Assembly (NCBI GenBank): GCA_964016885.1
Contig: OZ024745.1
Coordinates: forward strand, 38,998,001-39,062,000
Source of the DNA: Eledone cirrhosa
Taxonomy: Eukaryota
Reading direction: 5' to 3'
DNA length: 64,000 nucleotides
In this document: positions 15,271 to 28,179 of the stretch, in pieces
Position numbering within the stretch: the stretch's first letter is position 1
Layout of the letters: each line of letters begins with the position of its first letter
Notes under the pieces: generated by a model
What the model was told of the DNA's origin: nothing
Seen by the model: only the letters and a program-made list of their open reading frames with translations
The model's database searches: none
Position numbers and translations under genes: made by a program

Positions 15271-16150
15271 CCGACGAAGAAAATGTGGTAAAGAACCAGA
15301 TCAACCATAACGCACCAAAGTACTCCATACTTAGGGTAGTAGAGTGGGGAATAGGAACAATTAGGACCCGGACGGCTGAGCTCAAGCCGTTTCGACGGCT
15401 AATTCTGGATTAAATGAACATTTTTATCCTGGTAAATGAATAGCCGAACTTCTCAGGGGGTAATTCCATATATGGTAAAAGTGATTGTCACAACGATTGG
15501 TCAAAAGTTTGTTGTTGAGACACATGATTCTATCATGGCATTTGGTGGAAAGTAGGGGTAGCTGAACATGCCATTGGAAGAAAGATGGAGAGGAAGTGGA
15601 GGAAACCCAGTCAAGCTTTGAAAGTGACAACTACAGCAGATTCTAAGGATAGAAGGTCGAAAAAAGTATACTAGAAAAAGGGAGGGGGAAGGAAGTTGAA
15701 ACAATAAGTAAATCTATATGGAGTAAATATATAGAAAATATAAAAAAATATAAAAAAATATAAAAAAAAACAATTTCTGGGTACTACTCCGCTTCCACAA
15801 TCACCAAATTTCTCACTGGTACAGCTAAGCTATAGAAAAGTTTAATAGGTGGGACGGAATACTAAATACGAGATTGTAGTGAAAGAATTTTATGAGTTAG
15901 TAGTAATCGGCCAAATCTATCTTACAATGACAGGTCCACAAGTAGGGGCCAAAATACTAAAAAAACTAATACGAAATAATAATTCAAAATCCCGAAACTA
16001 ATACGAAATATTAATTCAGAATCCCGAAACATGAATACTAATACGATATATATAAGTACTGCTACAATACATACATTCTAATACAATCTACATGTATGTG
16101 TGTATACGTACATGCATATATGTATACAGACGTACAGTAGTATGTATATA
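15271..16150 (-). mobile_element. Family D PLE 3' end (tail, pLTR, 3' UTR); right boundary approximate
   Basis: 15271-15505 matches the other D copies and 59415-59577; hammerhead-like CUGAGAAG..CGGCUAUU/UUAGCCG..GAAACGGC on minus. Confidence 0.7.
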
Positions 16151-16307
16151 TATATATACATACATTTAAGTAAGTGCCGTTCTAAGAGTGATAAATGAAA
16201 TTTCGTTTCATTCTATTCTATATATATATATGTATATATATGTATATACATATATCGATATCTTATTATTAAAGGACTTCAACATCTGAAACTACCCCGC
16301 TTTTCCT

Positions 16308-16346
<39 letters not shown>

Positions 16347-16349
<3 letters not shown>

Positions 16350-16629
16350 ATAATAATAAATTTGAAGACTAAAATCCAAAGAGGGCTCGATAAGGATACA
16401 TATATATCAAATATATAAGAACCGTAGAGCAAATATTTCTCAAAATAACAGATTAAAGTTTAAGCAAAGAATCGCTGCTTTCATCCTTAACGGGATCATC
16501 TGTAACTAACAAAGTCAATCTGTGAACGCAGAGTCAATGTGCGTTCACAGATTGACTTTGTTAGTTTCGGAAGATTCCGTTAAGTGTGAAAGCAGCGATT
16601 CTTAGCTTAAACTTTAATCTGTTACTTTA

Positions 16630-16636
<7 letters not shown>
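16347..16636. mobile_element. Palindromic PLE derivative, family C
   Basis: Arms ~16442-16529 and ~16540-16630, left tail, (TA)n flanks. Confidence 0.8.
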
Positions 16637-16693
<57 letters not shown>

Positions 16694-16744
16694 ACAGGGA
16701 GAAAGAGGCGATTATTAGGAAGAAAAAAACATATATATATATGC

Positions 16745-16798
<54 letters not shown>

Positions 16799-16962
16799 AT
16801 AAGATTAGGAGGGATATAGTCTGAAATCCTGATCCATATTATGGTGCCTGCGAAGATGTGGGACGTTTTCGTAGGTGATGGGAGATGTCGAGGGGGTTTC
16901 GATTGGAAGTGCCTAAATTAAGTTAACAATAGAAATCAGCTGATTTGTAGAAAAAAGGAGGA

Positions 16963-17077
<115 letters not shown>

Positions 17078-19196
17078 TTTGACAGAGTTGATTTTGACAG
17101 ATATCGAGGAATATAACAGAAAAAAGTGTTGATCGATGATACATCAAACCTTAATAGAATGAGTGAACATCATGTGTATGCGGTGATTTGGAACGGGTTG
17201 TAAGAGTAAAACTAATTCAACCATTGAGATAACTGATATCAAGTTCTTGCAGGAGATCAGTGTATGCGTATCTATTAATGTCACAATGAAGCGAAAAAGG
17301 ATTTATCAAATGTATGTCCAATCCTAACACATATATCCACATCGGTAACATTCTTGTTAAATTCATCGTAAATAGAGAAGCAATTAAGTGTCAGGACAAT
17401 ATCAACATTGTTGAGAAGATTAGTGTGCTGGGATGGAGATTGTGTATATATGTGTGTATACAGACACGTATATATACACATAATTATTTTCAATATAAGT
17501 ATTTTACCGACGGGCAATAAATATTTGTACTTTTCATCATTAGTTAATTTTTATCACGATTTTATGATAAATATCGATTGACATTAAGTTTTAAATAGTA
17601 ATCATCCGATATTTTGCACGAAAATTTTGAGACTCAATTTGAAGAAGCAATCAGTGATACTTAAATAGATACACGAACACCCAAATATATAAACACCACA
17701 ACATTGTGCCAATCATATATACATACAATAGCACTATAGAACACACGCATATATACATATATTCTCACACACATACCAACAAAATCATTCGCAAAATCAT
17801 AAACAAACATACACATACAAAAGCAAAACAAACAAATTCCGATAGCTATTCGTTTGTGTTACGATGTGGGCTACTTATTGTAGTGTATGATCATATCAGA
17901 GAGTTTCAATATAGATGATTAACCCTCAATAATTTTGATGATTGTCTGAGAAAACAAACATTTAATAACAAGATATGATGAACATAATAAACGACCGAAC
18001 CTGTACCGAACCTTTATAGAAATTATATATTTATATATTTTTCTTTTGTTATGTAAGTTTTCTTTTAGTTAACTGCAGCCATACTGGAGTTACACCTTGC
18101 TTTTGTCGTTCACCTTAACTCCAATACGCATCTTGTCATGTGTGCTACATAATTCATCGATTTTCGCTTTTTTCATCTGCCAGCTTGAGGGTCATAAAAC
18201 ACACAGAGACATTCGCGCACGCACGCACACACACACACACGCAGACACACACATACATACGCTCACACACACCCATAGACACACACACACACATACACAA
18301 ACACTCGCAAACACACAGGGATAAGAACGTTGCCAGATTTCGTTTTTTTCCATTCTTCCAATGCAAGAAGGAAAAGCATGTCAGCAAGTTAAGACATGTA
18401 ATAGGTAACTTTGAACCGAAACTCAATTCATTACAAACATAAATTATTTTTCATTTTCGTCTATGAACGTTGCATGTATATGTATATAAAAACACATGGC
18501 ATACATCTTTTTTATTTAGTCTAACTAGAGTTACATCCCTAGACATGGGTTGTATTTTTCTTAGCATAAGCCATAAATATACATATATTTATTTACCTTC
18601 GTGCGAAAACATATGTGACATAAAAACGAGAACATTTAGGAATACGATTTTACACAAGGCATATAGTCACATGTGAAGAATATATATTTCTAATTCAAAA
18701 CATGGGTGACATCTAATAAGCCATTTTCCTCCTGGGAACAGCTGCATTTCTTTCCTACCACTAATGCCATTTTAAGAAAGGCGTTGTAAATGTTCCCTCC
18801 AGCTAGTTCCATTTCAATAACTGACCTTTGAGGAATATAATGGCAGGATGTTTTTCAAAACCTTTTCTTATAGTTGAATCAACCATCTTAAATTTAGAAA
18901 GAATAACTTCAACAATGTTCTATATTAATCATGAATTTGGTAGTGCATCCAATGGTGGTGGTGGTGGTTTAATGAGGTGTAAGGTATTTGTCTTTTTATA
19001 AAGATGGGACGGTAGCAAAGGGAAAAATAAGGATAGTTTTGGTATATTTGCTAGCTCACATATTTACTTCCCTACATGTAAACTAACATAATACTATACA
19101 CACATACACACACACACGCATCACACATACACCCCCCCACCCACACACACACTCATATATATATATATATAAATGTATATATACACACAGACACAT

Positions 19197-19265
<69 letters not shown>

Positions 19266-19869
19266 TATATACACACAATCGCATTTATATGTGTATATAT
19301 TTACATTGGTATACATAACGTTAGTCGGAGAACGTATCATTACGTATGTGTCACCGTTTCCATTGCGGTTATTGTATCCAGCCTGAGATATATGTTTTGT
19401 ACGTTCTAATGTTCAAATTGTGTACCTCTTTGGGTGAGTCGAAAAACCACCGGGACTATTCGAATCTTCCTTCCGATAGTTTCGTTAATAAATGTTTTCA
19501 CATATTTAGGCTCAATCGATACATATATAATATAAATCAATTGGGTTTCTCAATAAAGAGATCATCAATTATACAAGTTTAAACGATATAACACATTGAT
19601 GCTATGACATAATTTTCATGGAGGTTTTTTTTATTGAGAAACATAATCGATTTATATTTTATATGTATCGATTAAAACAAAATATAGTATATTTCGACTA
19701 ATTATAAAAATTATTTGAGTTATTTTAATGGGATCTGTTCAGAGTTGGTTTTTGCATTTCTTACGGCCTGTCCATTTTCTGTATTGGATACTTGGATACT
19801 TTGTATATTTCTAATTGCTAGCGGACTGGATTGTAGTAAGTTCCGTCGAATCAGACTTATAATTCATGT

Positions 19870-20241
19870 TTATAAGCTGTTTATTTGAATCATAACTTCA
19901 CGTTTTGAGTATAAGCTCTTTGCATTTTTCTTGCAATACAAGCGGTAGATGTATTGTTGAACAAATAATTGCATGGGATCAATTTTTTGAAAATCCAATC
20001 TAATCTGATCAGTGCATATAACCCTCACCGATTTACAAACGATATTAATAATTTGAAGTTCCCTGGAAACTGCTTGACAAAAATCACACAACAAGAAATA
20101 CATAAACCAAACGTATACTAAGTCTACAGCTGCAATAAACATAGGCCTTGTTATCTCCAGGTATGTTATCGCCATCAAAGGTGTAAACAAGGGGACATCA
20201 TTCCCGCTTTCCTCTTCTACATAATCAGAGCATCATTAATC
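19870..20241 (-). pseudogene. Possible decayed TIR-domain-like exon
   Basis: TTTCAG acceptor at ~20242; stitched frames give DYVEEESG..FDGDNIPG..CSCR..CDF..RLDF, loosely TIR-like by eye; needs frameshifts. Confidence 0.25.
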
Positions 20242-20479
20242 CTGAAACAAAAGCAGGATGTAACTCAGGTTTCATGATCCATTGCCAGCTAGTCTGAAAT
20301 CATATCTACGCCCATTGTATAATCGCTGTAAACAATAATTGTCAGGATCCCCAAAAGGTATCCTTGTACCTGAGCTAGATATGCAACATTCGTTTGGCTA
20401 TTTGTAAAAGCTCCGAAACTACATATATGTCAACAAATTAATCGTATCAATCTCTACACCTTAAAATATATGATACACC

Positions 20480-20950
20480 CATACAACAAATTTCAGAATT
20501 TGTTTATCTAGGTCACAAAATGTCAAACAGGAATAATGGTTCAATTGCATTTCATATTAGAATATGCTTGGGCTGGCTAGCTTTTAAGGAAAATAAGAAA
20601 TATTTCATCTCAAAACGGATACTTCTTTATACAAAATTTAAATTCAATAACTCACTTGTCCTATTTGTTTAGAATGTGTGAACTTGATCTCATACATGAT
20701 TAGTAAAATTGAGACCTTTTAAAATCACATTAGGATGCTCATGACAAACTACAAACTACACAAAATTGTGAATTTACTACAAGTTGCTTAACAAGTTCCT
20801 ATAATTATACATCATCGAAAGAAATGTCCTGAATCTCGTTGGTTGCATAAAACGTTTTAAAATGATATTCTAATGTATCTACTGAGAGTATGATTCATGC
20901 AAATGTAATAGAGTACGCCACCGAGGATTTGTGGAGACAATTTCTATAAA
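20480..20950 (+). mobile_element. Decayed RTE-clade LINE RT C-terminal fragment
   Basis: Translates as EFVYLGHK...RICLGWLAF...TKFKFNNSLVL, typical of the RTE thumb region. Confidence 0.6.
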
Positions 20951-20994
20951 TGGTCCGATTTATATTAATGTGAGCTAAGCGAAACCACGCAAAG

Positions 20995-21027
<33 letters not shown>

Positions 21028-22880
21028 GGGGGGGGGGTAAGTGTGTGCATGTGTGTGTGTGTAGGTATCTACGTATTATTTCATGGACGTATGCTTGTAT
21101 ATATGAATATATCATATGTTCGTTTTGTAGGTTTCGTACTATGAACCAATAAATTCTCACCATCTACCAGTGCGTGAACCGAAGATATTTTGTGATAAAT
21201 AATAATTATTGCGTGTGAATTTAATAGACGATCTTTTCGTGTAGCTCGTAAGGAACAAATTGAATAATAAAATACCAACAACGTCTATAAAAACATGAAA
21301 CTGACTATCAAAATTGAAGCGTATATAGTAAGAAGGAAATCAAAAACAAAAATGCTCAGAAAATAAAATCTATCAACTCCCAATCTTCAATGACATTAAT
21401 AAGGAAGATATAAAATTGAAAAAAAGAAATATAACAAGCTATTTAATATGAGAAATCAAAGAACCATTGAAACTTGAGATAAACGCTAAATCCCAATGAA
21501 TTCTGTTTATGAAAAACGACGACGCCTATTGGGAGAAAATAAACAGATCGACTTCAATTGAAAACCATTTACTCCGAAACGGGGACAGATGTTAAAGATC
21601 AGATCTATTCTGGTGAATAATTTAGGTAACAAAGGGACCATAACAGATGAGATTTTTCAGACATTTACAGATTGAAAACCTAAATAATTCTAGGATGCTA
21701 TATACCTCAAATCATTGATGTTAACAAAATAGTAACAAAAGAACTTATGGTTGGGAAATTTAAGAAGCACATTGTAAAAATATTTTAAAACATGTTGAAC
21801 GACTTGGTATAAAAGCAATGTTTGAGGGAGAAGTCGATGATTAACAAAAACAAAAAAAATAAATAAACGCATGGACTCACTCAACTCCATCATTCCTTTA
21901 TATGTTGACTAAACCATATTGCGATAATATTGCTAAATATCAATAAATACACTAAAAATCAACAATTCATTTCTAGCATGCTGCAGCTCTAGTAATTATT
22001 TATGGATCAACAATGCTATAACGTCAAACAGTAAAATGGAATAGAAGTGTCAGAGTAGTTCAGTTATTCATTATATCAAGGATATAAGAGAAATTCCTCA
22101 ACTGCGTATTATGGAGAGACACCCACATAGGTATTGGCTTTTTCAGTGTGACATATAAGGTATACATGTACAGAATATCATATTTGTAGCTTTCAGAGAT
22201 GGATCGGTATGCCAGCATTAGGATATTCCAACGAAAAATGGGTGTAATAATTATACACAATAAAAGACTAAGTCCCCATACATGTACGATGGCTGCAACT
22301 CAATTTCGAGTAATGCTAATTAAGTATAAGTATCACGGGCGTGGCCTTTTAGCCCTGTTAGGGTTTTGAACAATAATGTACATACGTTGCATTATCCGAT
22401 ATTCCCTTTTTCCGCTTCGCTCAGCCAAGACATGCAAAGAAAAAGATGTCATATATGAAACGATGCATGCGCATGAAGCATTTTATGTGATGAAAGGCTT
22501 TTCACGGAATCAATCCGATTCTCTGAACGTCGGTTGCATTTATCCAACCTGTAGAACTGGTCTACATCATTGGGAAATCTTCTCCTAGTGAGATATCTTA
22601 ATGAATACTAAGCGTTTCTTTCTCTACAGCCGCGCTCCATTGTATGGCCGTTAACTCTCCTGTGTTCCTCCGACCTTTGACGGATTTTGCTTTCTTCTCG
22701 TAAAATCACCCTCCTCACAAATGATGTTTCGTTGGATTGCCGGTTTAGTTGCAGACGACTGCACCATAAACAGGTTGTACTAGGTTACATGTTATCGAAG
22801 GCACAGAAGAGCGGCCTGATATACATAAATATATGTATACATACATATTTGCATACATACATAAATGTTTACATACATTA

Positions 22881-23060
22881 ATCATTGTTTTTACGTTAGG
22901 CACAAGGCCAGCAATTACTGGTACTTTATTTTATCGACCCCGTAAGGATGAAAGGCAAAGTTAACCTCGGCGGGATTTGAACTCAGAATGCCAAGGGCCG
23001 TAACTCTATGCGTCAAAGCATGGCGTCCGACCTTCTTCCAATACTGCCAATCCACCGCCC
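22881..23060 (-). mobile_element. Near full-length tRNA-derived SINE (family 1)
   Basis: GGGCGGTGGATTGGCAG head, B-box, conserved core, AGTAAAAACAAT-like end. Confidence 0.88.
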
Positions 23061-23129
23061 TCTATACACACATTAATAATGCTGGTTATTTCTCCCAGTG
23101 AAGGTGCATCTCTTTCAAGCATTGGGGTT

Positions 23130-23412
23130 GCAATCGTAAGGTTGTGAGTTCAATTCTCGGACCGGGTGATACGTTGCTTCCATGACAAAAGACTCTTTAT
23201 TTCACGTTGCTCCAGTTCAACAGCTGTAGAAATGAGTTGCGAGGTCACTGGTGTAAGCTGTATCGTTCATTGCCTTTCCCTTGGACATATTAGGTGGCGT
23301 GGAGAGGGGAGGCTGGTATGCATGGGCGACTGCTGGTCTTCCAGAAACAACCTTCCCGGTATGTGCTTCGGAGGAAAACTTTCTTGGTGCAAATCCTATG
23401 GTTATTCGTGAC
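23130..23412 (+). mobile_element. tRNA-derived SINE, second family
   Basis: B-box-like GAGTTCAATTCT followed by CTTTATTTCACGTTGCTCCAG..CAGCTGTAGAAATGAGT SINE body. Confidence 0.6.
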
Positions 23413-24758
23413 AAGAAAGAGGTATTTATTTTTTGCTATTGTTCTCAAAGAAAACTAATAAAAGAAGCGCTTTCTAGCAAACATCACTCCGAAGAGATGA
23501 TAATGCCCCCCGACCTTCGAAGAAATCTTAATAAACAAATATATACAGTATACGTAGAATAAACTTTGAAATTAACCGGCAGCTAAACAATTTAAACAAA
23601 TATTTACGTAGTGCCTACTGCATCGCCCAACAAATCTAAAAATGTGTGTAACCACTTCATGACATCATCTCGAAATTTGAAAAAAAATTGTGCACGTCTT
23701 CTTTAAAATTCTATAGATAAATTGTAAAAACCCATTAACAAAATAAAACACGCATTACCACAGTCGTGCTACCAAAAGAACATTCATAGACATACAAAAA
23801 AACATAGTAACACACGCATTGGTGTATATATATATATATGTGTGTGTGCGTGTGTGTGTGTCTATGTGTGTACGTGTGTGGGTGCGTGTGTGTGCGTGTG
23901 TTTCTATGTATTCGTGTGACGGAGTGTCGACCAGTAAGTTAGAAATTCATTATTTCTTAGTGAAATCATGTTTTCTATAATGTGTTTTGACAGTAATTAC
24001 ATATTACTATCTAAATAATTGACATATTTGCTCAGAGTATTATCATGGTGATGAAACAACAACCTGTGGACACTTGCAATCTGAATTCCAGTGGATGTCA
24101 TTTCATGAAAACGTCACTCCATTTATTTTAGCTCTTCATGCCCAGACAATTGAACCACGGAACAATGTGATTTTAAATAAAAGCCTATGAAGTCGCTCGT
24201 CTATCTTGCTGTGCGTGAAATATATTTGTTTAATCTGTACATTCATTAGTTTATGGCTATGTTGGAACACATAATTAATTATGTTCATCATAGGGAGCAG
24301 GATACTTATTTCACTTTCAAGTGAACTACTTACTTTACCAATTCTTTTGTTATGTGGTATAAGCACACACGTATACACATACATGCACAAAAAACCTACC
24401 AAAATGTACACATACGTATGGGCTTTGCAGTTACATATTTGCTCTCATAAAACTCAATTAAATTCGAGGCTACATTAGAAGAAACAGACACAATAATATT
24501 GTTACAGAGAGAAATCCATAACCACACAAGCATACCTGCACATATATAGATTTAGATAGAAATATATATTCAGATGTATTTAAGGATTTCGCATTGGGGA
24601 AACTGGTGAAAGTTGAGGTCATCATATATAAAAATACATCATCTTGGAAATGAAATATTATATTAGTTTTCGCGTTAAAAGTGTGTAATATATGAACTAC
24701 GTTTCACATTCGAAAATATAAATGTTTGGAACACGAAGTTGTAAAAGTCATACCCACC

Positions 24759-24847
<89 letters not shown>

Positions 24848-24854
<7 letters not shown>

Positions 24855-25415
24855 TTAAAAATATTAACAAAATAGATATTCTTGTGATTAATTATATTTT
24901 ATTATACATATTTCAGAGGTACTCAATTAAGTTCAACAGTACGTCCTCATCACATAAAATAAAATGATACATGACATACCCTGACATGGTAGAAGGTTAA
25001 GATTTAATCAAGGTAGTGATTAACTTATGACAAAACCCAATATATATACCCGAATATTGAAAACATGAGAAAACGTAATACAAACAATAGAGAGGGTGCG
25101 AGTAAATATTTTAAGAAATGCATGGCATCAATATAACAGTTATAAATTTATAATTTTTAAAAACTACTAGAGAGAGAGTAGGGAAAGGAAAGCATATAGG
25201 AAGAAAACTGGTGATGTGATAACATATTTAGTATGCAGCTTGAGAAGACAGATGAAAGATGATTAAAGAGCGAGAGAGACAAAACGGGAGATTTCTATAT
25301 AATATAGCTGGCGGTTAAATGTTAATACCTCGAGAAAGCTTTTTTAACTGTAGAGTGCTTCCAATCTATTGTAAAACTCATTCTTTGATGTAATCATTGA
25401 ATCTTATTTAACTGT

Positions 25416-25420
<5 letters not shown>
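24848..25420 (-). mobile_element. PLE 3' remnant with hammerhead-like motif at 24896-24960
   Basis: Minus strand AUUUUAU-GUGAUGA-GGAcGUAC..GUACcUCU-GAAA-UAUGUAUA-AUAAAAU; (TA)n flanks. Confidence 0.6.
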
Positions 25421-25512
<92 letters not shown>

Positions 25513-25796
25513 ATATATGTGTGTGTATTTGTGTTCAGGTGCGGTGGGTTGTGGTGGGGGCTGTATGTATATATGACATACAAAATACACATAAGAACAT
25601 GCGGAACCGAGGTAAATTGATAAGGATACAACTCGATGAGAATGCCATTAATAATTATTGCTATATTCCAGAATATTACATTCAGAATTGATACAATAAA
25701 ATGGGACATACTGGTTCCTTTTGTTCATTGACTCTGTCGTTCATTTTTACTAGTGGGATATCATGTATGTATGTTATGTATTATGTATATGTAAAT

Positions 25797-25940
<144 letters not shown>

Positions 25941-26194
25941 TTTATATATATATATATATGTATAAATGTCTACGCGAAATAAATATAGATTTGTAAAAAA
26001 TATCTCCATATTGACTGTTTTATTGTCAGTTACTTCGCAAATTCATAAATCTTCTTAGTGTAGCATGAGCTTCTACTGGCGAATCACCATGTTACTGGCA
26101 ATCAGTTTAAAATAAATCTAAATTTGGGCGATAATCCCATATTTAGTTTTTTATTCAGACAATCTGCTTTGTTTGAAAACACATAAAAATCACT

Positions 26195-26256
26195 ATATGT
26201 TCTAGAAATGTATGGTGTTACGCTGCTAATTGAAACCGGTAACAGCATATATACTT

Positions 26257-26316
<60 letters not shown>

Positions 26317-26385
26317 GTGTGTGTAAGTATATATGCTGTTACCGGTTTCAATCAGCAGAGTAACAGCAAACATTTCTAGAACATA
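26195..26385. repeat. Inverted repeat enclosing a (CA)n(TA)n microsatellite
   Basis: TGTTCTAGAAATG..GAAACCGGTAACAGCATATATACTTACAC and its reverse complement. Confidence 0.75.
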
Positions 26386-26399
26386 TATATATATATATA

Positions 26400-26550
26400 T
26401 ATATTGTTATACTTGGGGAGGGTCATTTTTGTGTAATATTGCCAGAATTAATAACAGAACACACTCACTGTACACCTCCCCAAGTATAACAATATTTGTT
26501 TCGACACACGATTTCATATAAAAAACCTCGCCAAACTAATTCATCGCCGT
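26400..26550. mobile_element. Palindromic element, family G-like, tail on right
   Basis: ATATTGTTATACTTGGGGAGG / CCTCCCCAAGTATAACAATAT plus right-only extension. Confidence 0.7.
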
Positions 26551-27185
26551 TATATATATATATATATATATGTAGATACATCTACCAAGAGTTTACGGTA
26601 GTGTTCAATCCGTATGAAGAACTCAATGTAATCCGGATATCATGGAAAGAAGAGATCCAATGAAACATCACTTTCGGTGAAAGATAAACGGAATACAGAG
26701 TCAAGATAAAATATTAAAAAAATAATGAATAAAACAATGAAACAGTTCCTTATATTAAACAAAAAAAGTTCATTATTTAACGATCGTTTCTAGGATATAT
26801 ATATGTGTTAGAATTGGCATGCATATTCAACAGATCTACGTACATTCACACACACACGCTCGTATACGCATAAACATACACACAACCACGAACATACATA
26901 CACACACACACCCCCACACACATATATGTGTATATACTATTATCATAATCATATGGACATTAATGCGCGCACATAAACACTGCCACACATATTTAGATCC
27001 AGATACAGAAAGTAGGTGGTGGGGGGGGGGGGAGAGGTCAGTATTTAGCGGTGTCAGCAAACTGCCTATTTATAAATGTATCTATAAATTTAGTAATGAA
27101 AAGAAAAAGAAAAAAGAAATATATTAAGAAAATATATATATATATATAAACAAGTAAAATATAAAATATACATCGATATACATAC

Positions 27186-27224
<39 letters not shown>

Positions 27225-27433
27225 TATACATACATATACATACACATATACATAAACACATACATACACATACATATACATACACACACCATATAAATAC
27301 ACATACACATACACGCACGCATACATATAGAGACACATACATATACACATATAAATACATATACATATACACATATACACACATATATATATAAACATAC
27401 ACACATACATATATATATATATATACATTCACA

Positions 27434-27471
<38 letters not shown>

Positions 27472-27553
27472 CTACACACATATATAAACACACTCATGTA
27501 TATACAAAAATACACATACATACCCACACATATATATATATATATATACATAT

Positions 27554-27592
<39 letters not shown>

Positions 27593-27666
27593 TATACACA
27601 TACATACATACACACATATACACATACACATATACAAAGATATATATACATACACACACACATATA

Positions 27667-27743
<77 letters not shown>

Positions 27744-28033
27744 TATACATACATACACATACATACATACTCATACATAGACATACATATATACACACAT
27801 ACATACACACATACATATACGCATATATACACATACATACACATCCATGTATGCGTATATACATACAAACACCACCACACGCTCACACAACTCAGACATA
27901 CATACATAAAGGGATATACATACACATATATACATATGTAAATAGAGATACATATACACATATAAATATATACACACGTACACACACACACATACATACA
28001 CATACATACACACATACATATATATATACACAC

Positions 28034-28070
<37 letters not shown>

Positions 28071-28179
28071 CATATATAGATATATATACATATATATAAA
28101 AAAATAAAGAAATAAAATGATTTTGTAAACCCATATACATTTAGTTGAGCTCTTTCAATTGTCCATCATCCATATCACA

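Noticed and set aside
21300-22050. Possible ancient CR1-like LINE remnant
   Set aside because: Only faint motif resemblance and no readable RT motif
22960-23060. tRNA gene
   Set aside because: The A/B-box-like sequence is the head of a repeated SINE and has no cloverleaf
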